Positions 8,934 to 19,658 of a stretch of DNA of 64,000 bases are shown piece by piece. Origin of the DNA: an uncultured Spirochaetota bacterium (GTDB taxonomy: Bacteria > Spirochaetota > Brevinematia > Brevinematales > JAOACQ01); NCBI GenBank assembly GCA_963783575.1, contig CAWAOD010000013.1, forward strand, positions 64,001 through 128,000, given 5' to 3'. The notes beneath the pieces were generated by a model. It saw nothing but the letters and a program-made list of their open reading frames with translations, had not been told where the DNA came from and ran no database searches. Within the stretch, counting starts at the first letter, position 1. Every line of letters starts with the position of its first letter. The position numbers and the translations under genes are program-made.

Positions 8934-10475
8934 ATGCCTGAAGTTAATACTTTCTATTGTATTATATTATTTATAGTGCCTGCCGCAACGGCATTACTCA
9001 TTCTTATTCTTGGAAGATTCCGGATATTCAGGGAATGGCTGGCTTTAGCGGGTATGACTGCCACTTTTATAATTAGCGTATATATATTCCTTAATTCTCA
9101 AAGAACCATACAAAGCTATTTCAATAATAATCTCAGGATAGATGCTTTCAGCGGATTGATTATTGCTCTGATCAGTTTGATCGGACTGGCCGTTTTAGTT
9201 TATTCAGTAAAATATTTAAAAACCGAAAAAGAAAAAGGTATATTCAAGGAAAAAAAGCTGAAATCATTCTACTGGCAGTTTATGCTTCTCATAAGCGTTA
9301 TGCTGCTGCTTGCGACATCAAACAATATCGTTCTTTTATGGGTGGTGATAGAAGCGACTACCCTTGCCGCGACGATTCTCGTTTCATTCTACTGGAACAA
9401 AAACTCCCTTGAGGCGGGTTTTAAATTTGTTATGATTCTGACTGTCGGAATGTCAATAGCGCTTATCGGCTGTATTTTATTATATTCGGGAGTGGCCCAT
9501 AATGTTAAAGCCGGCGAAGACCCCCTGCAGATTACAACCATAATATCAGTCGTAAAATCTGGCATAATCCCGAAAAGCATATTGAGCCTGTCAGCGGCTT
9601 TTTTACTGGTTGGTTTCGGCACAAAAGCAGGGATCGCACCTTTTCATACCTGGATGCCCGATGCTTATGCCGAATCGCCGGTACCTGTCAGTTCCATTTT
9701 ATCCGGTGTTGTTGTTAATATGAGTATTTATGCCCTTATCAGGATTTTTTCGATATTTTATTCGGCTGTACCGGTTTTAAATATTTTTGTGATTGTTCTT
9801 GGGCTGTTCTCAATGCTTCTCGGTGTTTTAATGATGTTTGTCCAGGATGATATCAAAAGATTTCTGGCGTATTCTTCGGTCAGCCAGATCGGTTATATCA
9901 TATTAGGATTCGGTCTCGCAGGGTCACAGGCCCCGGCTATTGGAACAATGGTCAATAATGGGGCTTATCTCGGGATGTACGGCGCTATCTTTCATATTAT
10001 CAACCATGCCCTAATAAAGACGCTTTTATTTTTGAGCGCGGGCGCGGTAATTTACGCAACAGGAATACGCAGGATGAGCGAACTCGGAGGCCTTGGGAAA
10101 AAAATGCCAATAACCGCCGTCTGCTTTTTTATAGCAGGGTTATCCATTTCGGGGATTCCATTTTTGAACGGCTTTGCAAGTAAATTTATAATCTTCATGG
10201 CGGGAGCAAAAATTGATGGAATGATATGGACGACAGTCATAGCAATAATCTGCAGTATATTGACGCTTGCGAATATTATTATAATTCTTCATAAGATATT
10301 TATGGGAAATGTTTCAGAGAATTTAAATAATTATGAAGTAAAAGAAGTTCCTGCGTCACTATGGACAGTAATGGTTTTTTTATGTATGTTATGCATTTTA
10401 TTGGGTGTTTATCCTCAAATTATGAATCCGTTTCTGGATAAAGCCGCAAGTGTTATTTTATCGGTAATATATTGA
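8934..10475 (+). CDS. hyfF: HyfF-like antiporter-type membrane subunit
   Basis: IEATTLA, EAGFK, FGTKAGIAPFHTWMPDAY, KRFLAYSSV; start could be GTG at 8925. Confidence 0.82.
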   Translation: MPEVNTFYCIILFIVPAATALLILILGRFRIFREWLALAGMTATFIISVYIFLNSQRTIQSYFNNNLRIDAFSGLIIALISLIGLAVLVYSVKYLKTEKEKGIFKEKKLKSFYWQFMLLISVMLLLATSNNIVLLWVVIEATTLAATILVSFYWNKNSLEAGFKFVMILTVGMSIALIGCILLYSGVAHNVKAGEDPLQITTIISVVKSGIIPKSILSLSAAFLLVGFGTKAGIAPFHTWMPDAYAESPVPVSSILSGVVVNMSIYALIRIFSIFYSAVPVLNIFVIVLGLFSMLLGVLMMFVQDDIKRFLAYSSVSQIGYIILGFGLAGSQAPAIGTMVNNGAYLGMYGAIFHIINHALIKTLLFLSAGAVIYATGIRRMSELGGLGKKMPITAVCFFIAGLSISGIPFLNGFASKFIIFMAGAKIDGMIWTTVIAIICSILTLANIIIILHKIFMGNVSENLNNYEVKEVPASLWTVMVFLCMLCILLGVYPQIMNPFLDKAASVILSVIY

Positions 10476-10484
10476 GAGAGGAAA

Positions 10485-10973
10485 TTGATGTTTAAAAAAC
10501 TTTCGCATAAAGCATTCCCGAAATCGCTCTGGGTTTACCATGTCAACACCGGGGCATGCAACGGATGCGACATTGAAGTTATCGATACGCTGACGCCTTA
10601 CTATGACGCCGAAAGATTCGGAATCAAACTGGTGAGTTCTCCCAGGCATGCAGATGTCCTGCTTATTTCAGGCCCGATTACAAGGCAGATTTTACCGGCA
10701 TTTAAAAGGCTTTACGACGCTGTTCCATCCCCCAAGCTTGTTTTTGCCATAGGCGCTTGCGCTGCCGGGGGCGGGATCTGGAAGAATTCTTACAATGTTG
10801 TAGGCGGCGTGGATAATATAATAAAAGTAGATTATTACATCCCCGGATGTCCGCCCAGGCCGGAAGCAATTCTGCATGGAGTTGCCGTAGCACTCGGCCT
10901 TGTCCCAAAATCGGTAAAATCAGAAGAATATAAAGAAAAATCCCTTGATGAAATGTTCCCTCCGGAAGAATAA
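10485..10973 (+). CDS. hycG: [NiFe]-hydrogenase small subunit HycG/HyfI (NuoB-like)
   Basis: ACNGCDIE, DAERFG, SPRHAD, GACA, IPGCPPRP. Confidence 0.92.
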   Translation: MMFKKLSHKAFPKSLWVYHVNTGACNGCDIEVIDTLTPYYDAERFGIKLVSSPRHADVLLISGPITRQILPAFKRLYDAVPSPKLVFAIGACAAGGGIWKNSYNVVGGVDNIIKVDYYIPGCPPRPEAILHGVAVALGLVPKSVKSEEYKEKSLDEMFPPEE

Positions 10974-11057
10974 ACTGAATACTTTTTAAATCCATTCATC
11001 TTTTTAATACCTATCAAAGGGTCACGCTTGTTAAAATCTTGTTTGAGAATATTATTA

Positions 11058-11086
11058 TTGACATTTTTTGATATTTATTTTAAATT
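11058..11086 (+). promoter_or_regulatory. Sigma70-type promoter for hicBA
   Basis: TTGACA-N17-TAAATT upstream of GAGG RBS. Confidence 0.6.
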
Positions 11087-11111
11087 TAATAAAATATGAA
11101 CGAGGTTTTAA

Positions 11112-11318
11112 ATGACAAATGAATTTACAGCCTGCATCTGGAAAGAAGGAAATTGGTATATAGCTCAATGTATGGAAGTTGATATCGCGAGCCAGGGAGA
11201 ATCTTCCAAGGAAGCCGTTCTTAATTTAAAAGAAGCATTGGAACTATATTTTGAAGAACCTCATCCGACCTTATCCCCAATGATTAAAAAATTAAAAATT
11301 AATATCCATGCCGCTTAA
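11112..11318 (+). CDS. hicB: Short HicB-family antitoxin (no DNA-binding domain)
   Basis: WYIAQC..DIASQGES..EA..NLKEALELYFE. Confidence 0.88.
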   Translation: MTNEFTACIWKEGNWYIAQCMEVDIASQGESSKEAVLNLKEALELYFEEPHPTLSPMIKKLKINIHAA

Positions 11319-11529
11319 TCCGCAGCCTTATCGTGAAGTAAAACGGAAGCTTGAAACAGCCGGCTTTTATGAATATTCCCAAAAAGGAAGTCATGTAAAA
11401 TTAGTGAAAATAACCAGTGAAGGAACAAGAACCGCAATAATTCCAAAACATTCAGAAATTAGTGTCGGTACATTAAGAAGTATTCTGCGTCAGGCTGGTT
11501 TGACTATTGAAGAATTTGAATCTTTTTGA
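11308..11529 (+). CDS. hicA: HicA-family mRNA interferase toxin
   Basis: QKGSHVK, IPKH.EI..GTLRSILRQAGL. Confidence 0.9.
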   Translation: MPLNPQPYREVKRKLETAGFYEYSQKGSHVKLVKITSEGTRTAIIPKHSEISVGTLRSILRQAGLTIEEFESF

Positions 11530-11553
11530 CCACAAAATCAGGGTCATTAATAA

Positions 11554-12612
11554 TTGAATATCAGGAGTCAGAATCTGGATAGAACTGAAATCATCGATTT
11601 ATATAAAAACGGAAAATTCCCGGAATTAATCAGTCTTGCAAATAAGACATACCTGGAAAATTATGGAAATAAAGTATGGATCAGGGGTTTGATTGAATTT
11701 TCCAATTTTTGTAATATGAACTGCACTTATTGTGGTATCCGCATGGACAACCGCAAAATTAACCGTTACAGGCTCGAAGAAACGGAAATAATAAATATCG
11801 TACGGCAGGGTATGGAAGCCGGATTTAAAACATTCGTCCTTCAGAGCGGAGAGGACAATTTTTATACTATTAAAGTGCTATGCCGCCTTATTGAAAAAAT
11901 AAGGGATATTGCGTCCGGATCGATAGCAATTACACTAAGCTGCGGGTTGAAGACAAAATCTCAGTTTAAAGAACTGAAAAAAGCGGGCTGCAACCGTTAT
12001 CTGATGAGGTTTGAAACATCAGATGAAGCGCTTTTTTCGGGATTGAAAAACGGATTGTCGCTGAAAGACCGGTTAAAAGGACTTTATTATCTTAAAGAAC
12101 TGGGATTTGAGACAGGTTCCGGCTATATGGTAGGATTGCCAGGGGAAACCGGGGAAACCAGGATCAATAACGCTTTATTATGCGCCGATCTTGAGCTGGA
12201 TATGATCGGCATAGGGCCGTTCATTCCGCATCCGTATACGCCCCTGTATGATTCAGCAGTTCCTTGTATTGATGAGACTGTAAGGTCAACAGCGCTTTTA
12301 AGACTGCTTCTGCCAAAATCAAATATACCGGCGACAACTGCCGCCGGCAGCATCCATCCATCAGGAAGGGAAAAGATGCTTGAAGCGGGCGCGAACGTGC
12401 TTATGCCGAATATAACACCTGCGGAACACAAAAAGGACTATACCCTCTATCCGGGGAAAATTTGTATTGAAGAATCGGGGCTTCAATGCCTGGAATGCCT
12501 GGAAATAAGGGTTAGGAGCATCAATAAAACTATAGATATGGGGCGCGGTGATTCGAAAAACAAGGGGACTGATATTGGAAGAAAAGATTTATTATGGAGA
12601 GGAAACCGCTAA
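11554..12612 (+). CDS. hydE: [FeFe]-hydrogenase maturase HydE (radical SAM)
   Basis: RGLIEFSN, CNMNCTYC, IPATTA, GANVLMPN, YTLYPGK and C-x7-C-x2-C; TTG start. Confidence 0.9.
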   Translation: MNIRSQNLDRTEIIDLYKNGKFPELISLANKTYLENYGNKVWIRGLIEFSNFCNMNCTYCGIRMDNRKINRYRLEETEIINIVRQGMEAGFKTFVLQSGEDNFYTIKVLCRLIEKIRDIASGSIAITLSCGLKTKSQFKELKKAGCNRYLMRFETSDEALFSGLKNGLSLKDRLKGLYYLKELGFETGSGYMVGLPGETGETRINNALLCADLELDMIGIGPFIPHPYTPLYDSAVPCIDETVRSTALLRLLLPKSNIPATTAAGSIHPSGREKMLEAGANVLMPNITPAEHKKDYTLYPGKICIEESGLQCLECLEIRVRSINKTIDMGRGDSKNKGTDIGRKDLLWRGNR

Positions 12613-13924
12613 AGCGGTTCAAAATTTTGGGAGCGGTAATCTGCCGCCGGAACTTGTAATTGCTTACGCTTTAGTTAAAAAAGCCGTTCTAATAGCGGTT
12701 CAGGAATCAGAAAAAAAATACCCCGGCACAGTGTTTGAATGCCTGATTCTGGCAGTTGATGAAATTTGCGAGGGCAGGCATATGGAGCAATTTATCATTC
12801 CTCTCAAGCAGGGTGGTGCGGGTACAAGCATCAATATGAATATGAACGAGGTCATCGCAAACCTGGCGGGAGAAATTCACTTTTCTAAATACGGAAATAA
12901 AATCAGCCTCGACCCTATCGACGACATTAACCGCTACCAATCAACAAACGACACATTTCCGACGGCCGTAACTATTGTTGTTTATAACCGTCTGACAAGG
13001 CTTGAGAAATCCGTAATTGAGCTTCAGGAAACCCTGATAAAGAAGGAATCCGAATATTCTTTAATATTAATTACTGGAAGGACGGAAATGCAGTCTGCCC
13101 TGCCAATCACGCTTGGCCAGGTTTTTCCTCGTGGGCCGGGATGATCGAAAGGGATCGATGGAGGCTCAGTAAATTGAAGGATCGCGTGAGAACAATCGCT
13201 CTGGGCGGTACTGCCATAGGAACCTGCTTCAACGCCCCTCAAAAAACCGTTTTTTTATCCGAAAAAATCCTCCGGCAGATTACGGGTTTGCCTCTTTGCA
13301 GAAGCCAGAACCTTACAGACGAGGTTGCAGATCATGATAAGCTTTCGGAACTTGCAGGCGGGATAAAGCTCTGCGCTGAAAATATTTTTAAAATAACCGG
13401 GGATCTTCTGCTTTATTCTTCATCATTCATCGGCGAAATAAATCATCCTGATCTTCAGAAAGCTTCTACAATTATGCCTGCTAAGGTCAACCCGGTTATT
13501 CTTGAGTTTGTCAGGGGTCTGTCTGTCGAAGTACAGCATGAAATGCATGAAAATATCGGAATTTTGCAAAAACGGCCAGCTCCAGTTAAATCCTTATCTC
13601 CCGTTCATACTCGAGGCTTTTATAAATGCTTTTGATGATATGGAAAAAGCCATAAATTCTCTAATAGAAAAGTTTTTTAATAAAATGACAGTCAATGAAA
13701 AACAGGCCGGCCGGAACCTGGCACAGTCTCACGCTCTTCTTAACGCGTTATTGCCTGTCCTGGGATATCATCAAATAGAAAAGATATTTAAGACTGTTGA
13801 CGATAAAAATCCCAAAAGCATCAATGAATTAAAATTGATCATCGCGGAAATAACAGGACTGGACTTTAAAATACTTGATGAATACCTCGACCCTGTCCGT
13901 CTGACAACTTATAGGAAGGAATAA
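12575..13924 (+). CDS. aspA: Aspartate ammonia-lyase/fumarase-family lyase, split by two single-base frameshifts (~13122-13126 and ~13541-13543)
   Basis: QGGAGTSINMNMNEV, QSTNDTFPT, GRTEMQSALP, LGGTAIGT, STIMPAKVNP, GQLQLN spread over ORFs 12548-13144, 13141-13635 and 13502-13924. Confidence 0.8.
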
Positions 13925-13927
13925 AAA

Positions 13928-15145
13928 ATGCCTAACCAGAGCACACCTTTATCCGAACAGGTCCGGGTGGTTATTTTCGGGCTTCGAAACTCGGGAAAAT
14001 CCTCTTTTATAAATAATCTCTTTGAAAAAGATGTTTCCATTGTTTCGGAATCTCCAGGTACTACAACCGATCCGGTCACAAGGAGCATGGAAATACTGCC
14101 GGCCGGGCCGGTCGCTTTTACTGACACCGCCGGAATTGACGACACAGGAGAACTCGGAAGTCTTAGAATAAAAAAAAGCCTGGAAAAGCTTGATATCGCC
14201 GATCTGCCGGTATTTGTCTCTCGCGCCGACCGGCCTGTGTCGGACTTTGAAATCGAAATTGTCAATTCAATTTCACATAAAAAATCATTATTTATCGTTC
14301 TGACTTTCGGTGACATGATCGCTGATAAAGAAAAAATCGCATGGGCGGAAAAATATGATTATACTCTCATAGATAACATAAATAAAAAAGGTTTCGACGA
14401 CTTCAAAAAATTACTTATCAAAAAGATCAGTAAGACAGATTTTGAGATTACTCCGGTCGAAGGTCTTGTCAATGAAAACGACCTTGTTCTTCTTGTAACT
14501 CCAATTGACCTTGCCGCCCCGAAAGGCAGGCTCATCCTCCCGCAGGTTGAAACTATACGCGATCTTCTGGATAAAGACTGCGCGGTGCTTTTGGTTAAAG
14601 AGAGGGAATTGAAGTATTTCTATGATTCTTTAAAGATTAAACCGAAACTTGTGATCACCGACAGCCAGGCATTCAGCAAGGTCGCCGCCGATATTCCTGA
14701 GGATCAGCCGCTGACCTCATTCTCGATCCTTTTCGCAAGAAAAAAAGGCGATCTGGCAACGTTTGTGGAAGGAGCAAAACATTTAAAGAATGTCCCCGAG
14801 GGCGTTAAAATACTCATACTTGAATCATGCTCCCATCACCGCCAGGCTGACGATATAGGCACTGTCAAGATCCCAAGGCTTTTCCGCCAGCTCGTCCAGT
14901 CAAAAGCGGAGTTTGAATTTGCCAGGGAACTTCCGGAAGCCGGTAAATTGAAAGAATATTTCATGGTAATTAACTGCGCCGGCTGTATGGTTGGAAGGAA
15001 TCTCATTATGAGCCGTCTGCGAATTCTGAAAGAGAACAATGTGTTTGCCTGTAATTACGGCCTATTCCTCGCCTGGGTCAACGGCCTTTTACCGAGAGTA
15101 ATAGAACCTTTTCCTATGGAATGGGAGATTTATAATGAAGATTGA
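13928..15145 (+). CDS. hydF: [FeFe]-hydrogenase maturation GTPase HydF
   Basis: GLRNSGKSS, PGTTTDPV, DTAG, APKGRLILPQV, TDSQ, TSFSILFAR, CSHH...NCAGC. Confidence 0.93.
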   Translation: MPNQSTPLSEQVRVVIFGLRNSGKSSFINNLFEKDVSIVSESPGTTTDPVTRSMEILPAGPVAFTDTAGIDDTGELGSLRIKKSLEKLDIADLPVFVSRADRPVSDFEIEIVNSISHKKSLFIVLTFGDMIADKEKIAWAEKYDYTLIDNINKKGFDDFKKLLIKKISKTDFEITPVEGLVNENDLVLLVTPIDLAAPKGRLILPQVETIRDLLDKDCAVLLVKERELKYFYDSLKIKPKLVITDSQAFSKVAADIPEDQPLTSFSILFARKKGDLATFVEGAKHLKNVPEGVKILILESCSHHRQADDIGTVKIPRLFRQLVQSKAEFEFARELPEAGKLKEYFMVINCAGCMVGRNLIMSRLRILKENNVFACNYGLFLAWVNGLLPRVIEPFPMEWEIYNED

Positions 15146-15172
15146 AATCTTAAAGATTGAAATCTTAAAGAT
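15138..15172. repeat. 15-bp tandem duplication AAGATTGAAATCTTA x2 plus a partial copy
   Basis: Read directly; each unit is self-palindromic (AAGATT/AATCTT) and the first overlaps the hydF stop. Confidence 0.75.
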
Positions 15173-15213
15173 AAACTATAATTCTTACCTTGATTATATA
15201 AAACATATTCGGA

Positions 15214-15645
15214 TTATGATAAATCCAATGGATTGAATGTAAAATTCATGAGTCCATGATAGAAATTAGCCGTTACGGCGTTAAATTCAAAAACAGTGTA
15301 ATCGTCATCATTTACACCATTTTGATAATACATCTCACAACCGTTTCTCCATAGTTTTTTTCTTGATTCAGCATCCTGTCTTATAGTAATACTTCCAATC
15401 AGAAGCAATCCTTCAAAAGTTTGTTCATTGCAATAATATACGCAGGCATTTGGGTTTTCCTTGAATTGACTTACTCTTTTCGATGATGTATTAGTACTGA
15501 ACCATATTCTCGCAAGACTTTCCGGTTCAAGATTCATCATTGCTTTAATATATGGAGAACCGCCAGGGCCTATAGACCCGATAAATGCAATTTTCGCACA
15601 TTTTATTAGGTTTCTGCTTCTGTCTAAAACTTCTTTTTTATTCAT
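15214..15645 (-). CDS. Pyridoxamine 5'-phosphate oxidase-like FMN-binding protein (general stress protein 26 type)
   Basis: PYIKAMM, IWFSTNTSSKRV, NPNACVY, DDDY; likely start MNKKEV after a GAGG RBS. Confidence 0.8.
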   Translation of the reverse strand: MNKKEVLDRSRNLIKCAKIAFIGSIGPGGSPYIKAMMNLEPESLARIWFSTNTSSKRVSQFKENPNACVYYCNEQTFEGLLLIGSITIRQDAESRKKLWRNGCEMYYQNGVNDDDYTVFEFNAVTANFYHGLMNFTFNPLDLS

Positions 15646-15697
15646 AACGACACCCTCATTAGTAAATATTACTCTGTACTTCAAAAATTTTTCGCTT

Positions 15698-16151
15698 TTA
15701 TTTACGTTTCTGCCCGGCAGTGTCATTCAGGTTGTTTAATATGCGACGCAGATATTCCTCGAAGCGGTCTATTTCATTCTCTGAAAATCCTTCATAATAA
15801 ATATCATTCATCCTTTGAGAACACTTCCCTGTATGAATTTTGAAGGTTTTTATATTTTTCAGATAAGAATATCATGACCTTCCGGCGGTCTTCTTCCGGA
15901 TAGTTCCTTTTAATTTTGCCTTCGATTTCCATTCTATCAAGCATGTTCGATAGTGTTGATTTTTCAAGGCCAGTTTTATCCGAGAGTTCCCGAATATTAA
16001 TTCCATCTTTTTGCCAGAGTCTGTATAGTATTCTACCCTGACCGGGGTTAATGTCATTGAGATGGGTTTCCTTCAATAGTCTATTAAAAATCCTCCCGGA
16101 CACCTGATGTATTTTATTTAAGATAAATCCACCCTCTCGAAAATCTTTCAT
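15698..16151 (-). CDS. MarR-family regulator, one frameshift near 15820
   Basis: QGRILY.LW, KSTLS.MLDRME, DRR wing; shifted frame continues SQRMNDIYYEGFSENEIDRFEEYLRRILNNL, a typical MarR C-terminus. Confidence 0.82.
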
Positions 16152-16189
16152 TTTTATCCCTAATAGTTTTATAACATATTATTGTATAT

Positions 16190-16218
16190 AGTATAGTTGT
16201 ATATAAAACATTTGTCAA
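16190..16218 (-). promoter_or_regulatory. Sigma70 promoter with palindromic, probably MarR, operator in the spacer
   Basis: Minus strand TTGACA-N17-TATACT; spacer holds the near-palindrome GTTTTATATACAAC. Confidence 0.75.
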
Positions 16219-16483
16219 GTAAAATATTCTATCAAATAAACTAATTTACATTCTAACATTAAAATCCTATCAATAACTTTGGAAGAATTATTGATAAGCC
16301 CATTGCCTGTTTTAATTCAATTCTTAGTATATCCCACACTTATCTGGTATTTGACTTTTGATATGATTATGATGAAATTACAACTGGTGAAACCCTATTA
16401 TTTGTGAATATTGATCTGATTTTTATATAAATACAAGGCTTAATTTTTTAGGAAAAAGAGTTAAAAAACAAAGGGGGTGCCTT

Positions 16484-18166
16484 ATGGATTTTTTTACCAG
16501 GCTTTATCAGCAGGAATCCTTCAGAGGCGAACGGACAGCATATATTTTCAGGTGGGTTCTGGTCGGAGTACTTTTTTTACTGGCTTTTGTGCTTTTTACA
16601 GTTCAACACCAGATTGCAGGGCTTTACGGTATTTATATCTGCCTGGCAGGCTTAATTTATAACGGTTTTATGACATATTTTATCATAAAAAAGAAAAATC
16701 CCGGTTGGATACGCTATTCTTCAATAACCATAGACATCCTTTTTTTAACCGCATATAATTATATTGACGCTTTTTTCAATTCTCCGCTGGTACCGGTAAC
16801 AACCGCAACTCTATTAATTTATCCGATTTTGATATTTCTGGCATCATTACGCCAGGATAGAAATTTGATAATTTTCGCCTCAATACTGGCTGTTATATCA
16901 ATGGACACAATATATATAATAGAATATTTTAATTTTGACAGAAATATTGCCTCGAAATTGGTCTCAGCCGATCCAATGGGGCAACTCTACAGAACTGTTT
17001 ATATTCTGCTGTTCGGTTTTCTTCTACTTATTATTCCAAGAACGATAAGAAGGCTTCTGAATAAGCAAAAAGAGATGTTTGATGAGGCCTTCACAAATTT
17101 CGGTACACTTTCCAGGAGCGTCCAGGCAAGGATGGATGAGCTGCAAGCGAAAGGCGGTGAGTTGATGGTGAGGATGGAGGAAACAGCCGGCGTTACGGAA
17201 AAGATTTACTCTGATGTTGAAAAGTCCGGCGAGGCTTTCGGTATCCAGGAGAAGTCAATTAAGGAAACGATGGATATGGCCGGAAAACTTGCCTTAACAC
17301 TACCTGATGTTATCCGTGAATTGGAGAAGCAGGAGGAGGCAATTGTCTCATCGGTATTATCCATAAAAAAACTGGTGTCCGGATTTGAAGATATCCGGTC
17401 TCATTCGGAAAGTGCGGCTGATAAAGCGCAAAACCTTGGCTCAGTTTCCGGAGAGGGGCAAAATATTCTGTCAAATATGGTTGCCTCCATGAAAGATGTC
17501 ACGGAAAAATCCGATCGCCTGGGCGAGACCGTTATTATCATTAAGAGTATAGCAGAGTCGACAGATATGCTATCAATAAATGCTGCAATTGAGGCTGCCC
17601 ATGCAGGGAATGTTGGGCTTGGATTTGCCGTTGTTGCGGAAGAAATCCGCAATCTGGCTGTTTTATCCAAAGGAGAGTCTGAAAAAATCGAGCATAATCT
17701 TGATGATATACGCCGGAGAATATTCAATCTCGATGAAAGTGCCAGAAAGTCCGGCAATTCTTTTTCTGAGATTATGAACAGAATCAATGAACTTCTTTCA
17801 GACATCGGAGACATAAAAAATGCAACCGGTATTTTTGGAAATCAGATCAATAAAGTACTGGAACTGATGAACGGAATGGAAAAGACAACACAGTTTGTAC
17901 ATGAATGTTCCCGGGAAATGTCAAAAGGAAGCGAATCAATAAGTATGGCCGTAAACGATGTGAATCAACTCCAGGATGAGGTTAGAGGAATTCTTAATAA
18001 TATAACTTCCACTATCGGAATGATCCGCCAGACATACCAGCTTGCTAATCAGATGACCATGCAGAATAAAGACCTTATTGATTCAGTTAGTACAGAGGTT
18101 AGGAAGTTTACAATTATTCAAACAGAAACTGAAAGTATTGGTATAAATAGCAACAGTAATGTTTAA
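16484..18166 (+). CDS. Methyl-accepting chemotaxis protein with polytopic membrane N-terminus
   Basis: MLSINAAIEAAHAG..G.GFAVVAEEIRNLA; 5-6 N-terminal TM helices. Confidence 0.88.
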   Translation: MDFFTRLYQQESFRGERTAYIFRWVLVGVLFLLAFVLFTVQHQIAGLYGIYICLAGLIYNGFMTYFIIKKKNPGWIRYSSITIDILFLTAYNYIDAFFNSPLVPVTTATLLIYPILIFLASLRQDRNLIIFASILAVISMDTIYIIEYFNFDRNIASKLVSADPMGQLYRTVYILLFGFLLLIIPRTIRRLLNKQKEMFDEAFTNFGTLSRSVQARMDELQAKGGELMVRMEETAGVTEKIYSDVEKSGEAFGIQEKSIKETMDMAGKLALTLPDVIRELEKQEEAIVSSVLSIKKLVSGFEDIRSHSESAADKAQNLGSVSGEGQNILSNMVASMKDVTEKSDRLGETVIIIKSIAESTDMLSINAAIEAAHAGNVGLGFAVVAEEIRNLAVLSKGESEKIEHNLDDIRRRIFNLDESARKSGNSFSEIMNRINELLSDIGDIKNATGIFGNQINKVLELMNGMEKTTQFVHECSREMSKGSESISMAVNDVNQLQDEVRGILNNITSTIGMIRQTYQLANQMTMQNKDLIDSVSTEVRKFTIIQTETESIGINSNSNV

Positions 18167-18366
18167 TACAAATAAGAAAGCCTTTATGGAGTTAACATTC
18201 TATATAAAATTCATTTTAACTTTCTATGAACAAAATCATTTTTTGTCTTTTTCTTATGAAATATTAAAATATGTTATTGGAAAGAAAATGACAGCAAAAA
18301 TTATTAATATATTATTTTTATGCTCGGTACAGCTTCATGTCTAAACTTAATCATATAGATAATTCT

Positions 18367-19509
<1,143 letters not shown>

Positions 19510-19658
19510 TTATATTGAGGGTTTTATTTAACGAAATTGTCATTGAATATATTTCAAGATTGATATCATAAAGATGGGTTAAATTAAAATTAGTTCGATG
19601 GATTATTGAAATAACTATTCTTAACTGAATTCAGCTCGTATAGATATGGTAAAATATG

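Noticed and set aside
13122..13543. Programmed ribosomal frameshifting in aspA
   Set aside because: No canonical slippery heptamer or stimulator seen; similar indels occur in unrelated genes across the window
15138..15172. CRISPR-like repeat
   Set aside because: Only two adjacent 15-bp units, no spacers, no cas genes
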